DNA of 64,000 nt from Nitrososphaerota archaeon. Lineage in GTDB: Archaea; Thermoproteota; EX4484-205; JAAOZP01. The position numbers were made by a program, and so were the translations under genes. Positions 8,140-16,200 of this stretch are shown one piece after another; within the stretch, counting starts at the first letter, position 1; each line of letters begins with the position of its first letter. The stretch lies in contig JAAOZP010000004.1 in NCBI GenBank assembly GCA_011605725.1, positions 64,001 through 128,000 on the forward strand, in the 5' to 3' direction. Below the pieces are notes generated by a model, which made no database searches, was not told where the DNA came from, and worked only from the letters and a program-made list of their open reading frames with translations.

Positions 8140-11100
8140 TCAACCACCCAGTTTAACCTCTACCCATCCGAAGAATATTTTCTCTGGGGTTATATAAGCT
8201 ACTATGGCATAGCCCTTCTCAGGCACTATCCATTTTCCTTGTTCTGCCATATCTTTGTGATTCTTAAGTTGTCTTATTGCCTCATCAAGCTTTTTATTCA
8301 CCTCTCCCAAAATCTCTGAAAAATCCTTAGGTGTTTCAGGCGACCAGAGCGACTTCTCCTCAATGGCTAAGATTATCTTATTCCCATCTACCTGCATAAT
8401 GTCGAATGGAACTTCAGGAGTATTCTCCCCAGCGGTCTTCAACACCGGTTTACTGGAGTCGTATCCAAAGTTCTGCTGGTAGTTCTCCAGGAGCAATTTC
8501 TCCGTAAGCGCGTATGCGGCATATCCTCTCGTGCTAGGGTCGAGTAGGCACTTTCCATAGGAAAAGGCGTCCTGAAACTCCTCTCTCATATTGGCTTCTA
8601 TCTCCCCCAGCTTCCCTGAAATACTAGCCCCTTCTGCGGCTCTGAGCAGCTTGTCCTCTACCAAGGAGTACTGCGGATCCTTAACGCTGATGAACTCGTT
8701 CTTGAACCCTCCGGTAGCGGGGTCCAAGTACATGTAGTGCCTATTTACATGTCCCCTATTATCCTCGTAGTATATCTTCAGAATCTTGCTCTCTATGCTT
8801 CTTCCGTTCAAATCCGTGAATGATTCCGTAATATATTCCACATTCCTTACGAGGTATGCGTGAGGCTCGGAGACATACTCCACTTTCGACAGCCATTTCC
8901 CTCCATCGGGATCTATCGTCGTGGCAATCCAGAGCTTCTTACCCGAGCCAAGTTCGAGCTCCCAGAGAATCACTCCGCTGATTACTTCCCCCTCCTCATT
9001 TCCAATCTTTATATCATATTTATACTTGGGCTTGGCTGAGACCGATGAATCTTTAATGCTAACTATGCCTTCATTCTCAACCTTGTATTCTATGAGGTTT
9101 TTAAGGTACTCAGTTGTAAAGGTGTTGGAGAGTTCTTCCCAAGAGACTTGTCTAAGCCGTAGGGCGTAGACGCCTTCTCCATAGGATTTTAAAGTGACGG
9201 TACGCCCGTTCGAATCCCAAATCTTGTAGTGAGACTCACCGCCTATCTCCTCATATTCTATGATGCAGATCCCCGGGTTATTGTAACTAAGGAATTTACC
9301 AAAAGATCCTTCAGAAATCAGTGTTATATCTTCACCTATCTCCTTTGCTGTTGAGAAGAAATAGTCTGGCTCAACCGCTCCTTTAAGAGTAGCAACATAG
9401 TCTCCGTCTTTCATGTCAAACGCGCCCATGAGTGCACCACCACCTTCAACCTTCTGAGGATATACAACAACGGTACCGCCGATCGCCCCAATATGTGCTA
9501 ACGCCCTATATTCCTTATCTCCTTTGTTTAGAGATAGGGTGACGACATCTCCTTCTTTAAATTCCAGCTCCTCTGCAAGCCCTTTGGATAAGCATGGATA
9601 TACATACTCACCATATTTCATAACTCTTAAAGGAACTCCTAGTCTATGATACTTCTTAGAATATTCCAAAGTATCGCTCCATGCTTCAAGCGCCTTAATC
9701 CCGAATGTCTTCACTTGATCGAGGAAGTAACCTATTATCCCGCTGACTCTTTCCTCACCTATTTGAAGCTGTTTAGAATAATATTTTTCTAAATCAAAAT
9801 AGGTTTTGAACAGTTTAAGCCCGTTTTCGAAGCTGTCCCCTATTCCTTTAGCTGCAAGCGCCTTCCCAATGCCATCGAGGCCCTTTTTATCGAGCTTAAC
9901 TAACTCCGGAATAAGCTCATCGAGCATTTCGGACTGCGAGCCTTCAAGCTCCTCTACCTTGCCGTTGCTCAGCCACTTAACGAGACCAGTGGCAGCGTCC
10001 TCAGATTTCTCAGCCACGTTTGAAACCCTGTTGAGCGTTTTCTCCGCAAAGTCCTCCGAGATCTCGAGGAGCTTTCCGTAGAGTTTGAAGACGCTATCCC
10101 CTGCTTCCGGCAGCTTTCCGACGAGTTCCTTACACGTATCTCCATGCCCCGCTAGGATTCCTGCACCGTCGTTGATGTATTCGACGTCCCCGGGCTTAAC
10201 CTCCTCCTCGCCCGCAAGCTCTCCGAGCCTGAATTCAAGATCCTTCCAAATCCCCTCAATCCCCTCCGGAACCCTTCCAAGCACCCTTTTCATGGTGCGC
10301 ACGAACGCGTGGGCCTTCGCAATCGCATCGATGTTTATCGCGATTCCTTTCCTTGCGAGCTTGCCCGCGAGGGCTACGGCATCTACGAGCGGCGAGGTCG
10401 CCCAGGCTCCCGTCGCTTCCCCAAGGCCAAACTTCTTCGGGTCTTTTACTATGTTCTCCCTGTAATAGTTGGCGAACGAGTAGAAGGCTCCGAGCTGTGC
10501 AAGCGCCCCAACGACCTTTCCGAGGGAAGCCCAATGCTCCATCGTAACCTTGGCGCTTTTAAGCTTCCCATTCAGCTGCGACGAAATAGCGTAGGCACGT
10601 TCGTATTCCTCGGGCATGTTCAAGCCCATAAGCTTCTCAGAGGCGTCTGACATCGCATCGATAAGCATTCCTCCCTCGAACAATTCCCCGACGTTCTTCA
10701 AATCGTCGAGGCTAAAGCCAATGCTTTGCTCCATGAAGACATCTAGGGCGCTCATGGCTCCTTCCCCAAGCTTCCTCAGCTCCTCAGCCTCTTCGCGCAG
10801 TTCCTCGGAGAACTCGTTTTTACCGCTTCGCCTCTCGATGATCGCTGCAAGCTCCTCAAGCTTCTCAGCATTTCTCTTAAACTCCTCGCTAGACCTCAAT
10901 ACTGCGTTGAGCTCGAGGGCGTTCATATATGCGCCGTAAACGTAGTGATAAATGAAGAGGAATGTATGAATACCCGCGACCGCCGCCACGCCAGCCTCCT
11001 CGCCAAGCACTATTGGAAGAGCCTCGGGGGCGACGACGAAGACTATGAACATGAACACGATGCTCGGGATGAAGCGTTTCGCCCCGTTCCAAATGCCTTT

Positions 11101-13239
11101 AGCCCAATCCGGAAGGTTCTTATAGATATTCTGATATGTATAGCTGTCCGATTCGAAAACATACGGTATTTGATGGCAGGCAATAGGCTTCCATCGGCTC
11201 CTATCGGTCAAGTCGCTTCCCTCAGCCTTAACCAGCAGGACGTCTACGAAGACCTTAGCTGTCGGGTCCCCGATCATGGCGCTGAAGACGTTCATAGGGT
11301 CCTTAGCCAGCTCCGGCAGGGTCGTCCGCATTCCGTCGAAGCGGAGGTAGGGCCAGAACTTCACGTCGGAAGAGTAGTTCCCCTTCGGCAGGTCCATCGG
11401 GTATTCATCCGGCTCAGGCTCAAACCACCACTTGGCATCTGACGGAACGCCCCAGAGCCTTGAAACTACCTTATCGTCGAGCATGGCCAGCACACAGCTC
11501 CTAAGGGCCTCGCCGTACGCGTTGTTTATCGAGAAGGAGAGGACGTGTTCCCTTCCCAGTATCCCGGACCCATTTATGTTCGCCCTCGGCACCACTGGAA
11601 ACACGAGGGTGAATTCCCCACTCGGCACCTCTTCCCTCCTAACCCTGTAGCCAGTCGTAGAATTATAGTGTCTAGCGGTTTCAAGGGAGTACGTGTAGTT
11701 CTTAACTATCCATCCCCCTTCCACCACCCTCTCAACCAGGCAGTTCTGCAAAAGCGAAGCGCCCAAGTCCTTTTCCCCAACCGACCCCGCCAGCAGGATG
11801 GCGTTTCCACCCACCTCATCCAATACTCTTCCAGTAGGCTCCATCTCATAGTAATAGCTGGCTGTCTCAACCCTGCGGTAGGCGTCGTAAAGCTCCATCC
11901 TCTCTTTCTCATAAAGAACGTAGAGGTCCACGTAGTAGGTGGTGGTCTCAACCCCGTCGAAGACTATCGCATACTCACCCGTGGAATAGGATGAGGCCTC
12001 GTCCTCGCTGAACCTTCCAACGTATTCCCACTCAACCCTGTGGAACGGTTTATAATCCTCCCCCTCCGGTACTTCCCCCGGTTTCTCCTCAACATCCCCC
12101 AGGTAAACCCACTCACCCCACCCTCCAGTATGAATGCTCGCGTCGTCGACGTGCAGCTCCGAATCCCCCTGTGCCACGAAGGAAACCTCGTATTCGCCGG
12201 GAGCCGCAAGGATGCTGGAGACGTCTAATGAGAGCCGCGTCCATTCAGAGCTTGCTCCAAGGGGAATGATCGTTGCCCCTCCATCCGGGGTCTTTATCGT
12301 AACCATGCCCTTCCCACTAAGCCTATAGCTGAACTCAAGGACTGGGTAAGCGCTCCCGTCATAGCTGAATGCTTGTCTCCAGGCGCCGCGACCCCATGGG
12401 CCGGCCATAATCCTCAAGCATGATGGTTCACTCGTGTAGCTGGATGTGCAAAGCTCTCCGAACGCTTCTCCGAAACTCTCGAACAACCAGAAGAGGGAGG
12501 ACCCCATATCCCCATTCTTGATGAACTCGCGGATCGGCTCCTCAACCCACTTGTAATGATGGTAGAGCACCCTCGTTACTATCCTGTAGACCTTGAAATA
12601 GTTGGTCTGCCTGAACCTTATCCCACTGCCGTCCTTCTCCAGCCTATAGCCCGGGTTGTCAACGTAGCTCTTCGCCTCCTCCTCATCTACCAGGTCCCTA
12701 ACTACCCATGCCTCGCCCTCAACCGGCTTAAACATCCATGTATTCGCATCGTAATCCGGAGGAGGCGTAGTAACCCTGCCGACGTAGACCCATGATTCGT
12801 TGAATGAGAGGACGCGCCTAGATAACCTGTACTCGTAGTGCTTCCTGCTGGAGTTCTCATATCTTTCAACGTATACGGTGTCGCCGTCCCCCGGCTCCCA
12901 TCCAACCGGCAAATAGATATTGTAGTAGGTGCCATTTACAACCTTCTCCTCGATAATGTAGCGGGTCTTCCCCTTGGCGGCAAGGTGGATGAGCACGCTG
13001 CCGTTCGCCAACCCGTACATCCTGCTTATCCACGATTTGTTCGCATCATAATCCTCAAACTCCCTTAATTTCTCTTGGAACTTCTCATTCCCCCATCCCT
13101 CATAGATGGCCCTCTTCAAGAAATCGATCATGTTCGTCGACTCCTCGGGCTGAGCCCTCACGATGATGGAAATCGGAAGTATGAACAGCTCCTCGACGAA
13201 AAGGAGGATTAGCAGGAGGCCGATTATCCTCTTAATCAC
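8140..13239 (-). CDS. Putative polymorphic toxin 1 (1699 aa): signal peptide, CBM-like jelly roll, central hydrophobic hairpin/helical trunk, C-terminal PD-(D/E)xK nuclease-like domain
   Basis: Signal peptide; IKNGDMG…HVDDASI; hydrophobic FIPSIVFMFIVFVVAP…AVAGIHTFLFIY; C-terminal LTEKLL…VPFDI…IEEKS…AIRQL…GYAIV. Confidence 0.7.
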   Translation of the reverse strand: MIKRIIGLLLILLFVEELFILPISIIVRAQPEESTNMIDFLKRAIYEGWGNEKFQEKLREFEDYDANKSWISRMYGLANGSVLIHLAAKGKTRYIIEEKVVNGTYYNIYLPVGWEPGDGDTVYVERYENSSRKHYEYRLSRRVLSFNESWVYVGRVTTPPPDYDANTWMFKPVEGEAWVVRDLVDEEEAKSYVDNPGYRLEKDGSGIRFRQTNYFKVYRIVTRVLYHHYKWVEEPIREFIKNGDMGSSLFWLFESFGEAFGELCTSSYTSEPSCLRIMAGPWGRGAWRQAFSYDGSAYPVLEFSYRLSGKGMVTIKTPDGGATIIPLGASSEWTRLSLDVSSILAAPGEYEVSFVAQGDSELHVDDASIHTGGWGEWVYLGDVEEKPGEVPEGEDYKPFHRVEWEYVGRFSEDEASSYSTGEYAIVFDGVETTTYYVDLYVLYEKERMELYDAYRRVETASYYYEMEPTGRVLDEVGGNAILLAGSVGEKDLGASLLQNCLVERVVEGGWIVKNYTYSLETARHYNSTTGYRVRREEVPSGEFTLVFPVVPRANINGSGILGREHVLSFSINNAYGEALRSCVLAMLDDKVVSRLWGVPSDAKWWFEPEPDEYPMDLPKGNYSSDVKFWPYLRFDGMRTTLPELAKDPMNVFSAMIGDPTAKVFVDVLLVKAEGSDLTDRSRWKPIACHQIPYVFESDSYTYQNIYKNLPDWAKGIWNGAKRFIPSIVFMFIVFVVAPEALPIVLGEEAGVAAVAGIHTFLFIYHYVYGAYMNALELNAVLRSSEEFKRNAEKLEELAAIIERRSGKNEFSEELREEAEELRKLGEGAMSALDVFMEQSIGFSLDDLKNVGELFEGGMLIDAMSDASEKLMGLNMPEEYERAYAISSQLNGKLKSAKVTMEHWASLGKVVGALAQLGAFYSFANYYRENIVKDPKKFGLGEATGAWATSPLVDAVALAGKLARKGIAINIDAIAKAHAFVRTMKRVLGRVPEGIEGIWKDLEFRLGELAGEEEVKPGDVEYINDGAGILAGHGDTCKELVGKLPEAGDSVFKLYGKLLEISEDFAEKTLNRVSNVAEKSEDAATGLVKWLSNGKVEELEGSQSEMLDELIPELVKLDKKGLDGIGKALAAKGIGDSFENGLKLFKTYFDLEKYYSKQLQIGEERVSGIIGYFLDQVKTFGIKALEAWSDTLEYSKKYHRLGVPLRVMKYGEYVYPCLSKGLAEELEFKEGDVVTLSLNKGDKEYRALAHIGAIGGTVVVYPQKVEGGGALMGAFDMKDGDYVATLKGAVEPDYFFSTAKEIGEDITLISEGSFGKFLSYNNPGICIIEYEEIGGESHYKIWDSNGRTVTLKSYGEGVYALRLRQVSWEELSNTFTTEYLKNLIEYKVENEGIVSIKDSSVSAKPKYKYDIKIGNEEGEVISGVILWELELGSGKKLWIATTIDPDGGKWLSKVEYVSEPHAYLVRNVEYITESFTDLNGRSIESKILKIYYEDNRGHVNRHYMYLDPATGGFKNEFISVKDPQYSLVEDKLLRAAEGASISGKLGEIEANMREEFQDAFSYGKCLLDPSTRGYAAYALTEKLLLENYQQNFGYDSSKPVLKTAGENTPEVPFDIMQVDGNKIILAIEEKSLWSPETPKDFSEILGEVNKKLDEAIRQLKNHKDMAEQGKWIVPEKGYAIVAYITPEKIFFGWVEVKLGG

Positions 13240-16200
13240 AGGGACACCACCGTTTCCCTCGCATAGATGCCGTTCGGCCTATCTAAGGCATAGACCAGCA
13301 GCTCTCCGCCGACGCCCCTTACTATGAACATCACCTTCCCCTCAAGATCCGTTATGCCTACCTGGTTCGTCTCGAACACCTTAACCCTCAGGTTGCTGAC
13401 GGGCATGAGGCTATGCGCCCAAACCGCCTTAACGTTAACAGCGTTCCCCTCCCTCGTCACGTTCAATAAAATCCTGGTGAACAGGAAGGAAAGACGGGTG
13501 CTTTCTCCGAATATCGCTCCGTCGCTCGCCGCAACTGAGCCGGCGTACTTTCCATCCGCCCCGCTCACCTTGATGACTATGATTCCGCTCTCATTCGCCA
13601 GTGCAGAATACCCGAGGAGGCTTGCCGAGGCTCCGGCTGCAGGCACCCCGCTATGAGAATAGCTCAGCTTAGCTGCGACGCTCAACATAGAATAGCTGTT
13701 GGCCCAGTATTCTCCCCCAACGTTGATTCCCTCAACGCTCATCACTTCAACGATGATCCTCGTGAACACTAAAGTGATGTTAAGCCCTCCCGGGATAATC
13801 CTGCTGTTCCTCATCGCAGTATAGCATAGCTTGACGGCTTCGTCAACGCCGCTGTATGAGAAAGTTATGCTCCCCCCGTCCGGCACAACCATCCTATTCC
13901 CCTCAGAGTCGTTGACGATCGTTCCGACGGCTGGGCCTCCATTCTTATAATGGACGTTTATCGTCAGGGTCACCGTCGAGTTGCTCTGCGCCCAATATTC
14001 GTTTCCCCTTCTAGCCGCTCCCTTCACTTCGACTATTGAGAGCTCAACCCCCGGCACGACAAGGATTTTACACGGCCCGCACGGCAGGAAATCATCCAGT
14101 ACGAACGTCGCGTTGAACGGGGAGTCGAGTATTCTCAGCGTGAAGTTGGCCGGCGTCCCCCTAGTTATGTTTCCCTCAACCCACCTAATCTTGAGGCCGT
14201 TCAGCGTCTTACCGTTATAGCTTAAGCGAACATTAAGGATCAAGCTCACATCCTCGCCAGGCGCTCCGGCAACAACCTCGCTAGACGATTCGATCCTAAC
14301 GTCTGTGAAGACAATGTCAAGCGGAGTGCTGCCGTTAACGATTCCGTCGCTGACAACTATGTTTCCATCATACTCCCTATCCCTGTCGCTTAGGCTTATC
14401 ACCGCGCTTCCCTTCGAATCGGTTTCAGAGTACTTGAAGAAGCCCGCTTTCGCATAAGCGGCGCTACTTCCATCATGTGAATACCTCGCCCTTATCGCTA
14501 TGGATACATTCGCCCCGTTTCCAGCATAATATACGCCGTTAAACGGTATTGCGACCCTAACCTCCTTCTCTACGATTATTCTCGAGAATACAAGCGTGAC
14601 GTTAACCTTATCCAGAGCCCTTCCGCTATTGCTGAACAACGTGTAGCTTATCGTTTTAATGCAATCGCCCGCATTGTAATAGAACGTCGCCGTACCATTC
14701 GAATCAGTTAACGCCACATTCCCGTATGAGTCGACTATCCTCATTCCAGTAGAAGATACGTTTAGGCTTGAGAGGCGTGGCTTAAGCCTAACCATGGCCG
14801 TTAAGCCGCTTTGAAGCCAGTACTTCGAATCCCTCAGCGTTCCATTTACCCTTGCGGTGAGCGTCGCGTTCACCGAAACCACCCTTACAACCACATTCCT
14901 GTAGCATGGTAGGAAGCCCTCGAGGATGAACGTCGCATTCTCCGAGCCCTTATCCGGAACTTTCAGGATGAAGTTGGCAGGCGTATCCTCAACCATGTTT
15001 TTCTCAACCAGCTTAACCTTCAAGCCGCTTAGGAACTCGCCGTTGTACGTTAGCCTCGCCCTTATCGTTACGGCTGCATCGTCCCCCGGAAATCCTTCCA
15101 CAATCATGCTTGAAGACTCCAGCGCCACATCGGTGAACACTAGAGTAAGTTTCTCATTTCCATCCACCACCCCGTCGCTTGCGACAATCAGCCCATCATA
15201 TTTCCTTTGACAGCCTTTCAGGCTAAACGTGGCAGCGCCGTTGACATCCGTCCTCGTTGAAAAATCCAAGTATCTTATCGAACAATTCGGTACTGATGCT
15301 CCGTTATGGGCATACGTAGCATTTATAGCGATGCTCACGTCCGCATCGTTACATCCATACCATGCGTCGCCGAAACGTACGGCATCAACCTTCACCCCAA
15401 GAATTATCCTAGTGAACACGAGCGTCAGGTTGATCTTCCCGCTAAGCGCGTATCCCCTGTCGATGGCGAGGAAGCTTAACGAAAGGGATTTGTCGCCATC
15501 TGAGTAAGAGAACTCGACGAAGCCCTTCTCATTCGCCGATTTCGTCGATCTACCGTCGGTAACGGTTATCGTTGTCGGCGGGTCGCTGCAGTACACGTAT
15601 TCCGCCTTCAGCTTAACCACAACGTTGGACCCACTTTTAGCCCAGTACTCCATACCCCTCTTACTCGCGCCAACGTCTTCCAACGAGAGCTTAACAGTCC
15701 TCGGTATGAGGGTAACGTTGACCTCGGGACATGGGAGGAAGCCGAGGAGCCTAAAGGTCGCGTTAGCAGGCGAGGAGGGTATCTCCACGTAGAATGGAGT
15801 CGACGTTTCCCCAACGATGCCTCCCTGAACCCATTCGACCCTAAGGCCGCTCAGGTATTCGTCGCTATAGCTCAGGCGAGCATAGATCGTTACCGATGTT
15901 TTAGCCCCCGGCGCCGCCTTAATTATGCTATTCGAGGGCTTGAGCTCAACGTCGGTGAAGATTAAGTCGAGATCCGTGCTTCCATCGACTACCCTGTCTG
16001 AGGCCATCGCCGTGTCCTTGTATTCCTCATCGCTACCGCTAAGCACGAAGCTCGCCACCCCGCTTCCATTGGTCCTTGAGGAAAGGCCCAGTAGGCTTAC
16101 GGTAGCATTTGCCACGGGCTTCCCGTTATGCGAATAAGATGCTTTCAGGAGTATATTCACGTTCCATCCATTACTCGCATAGTAAACTCCATTGAAGATG

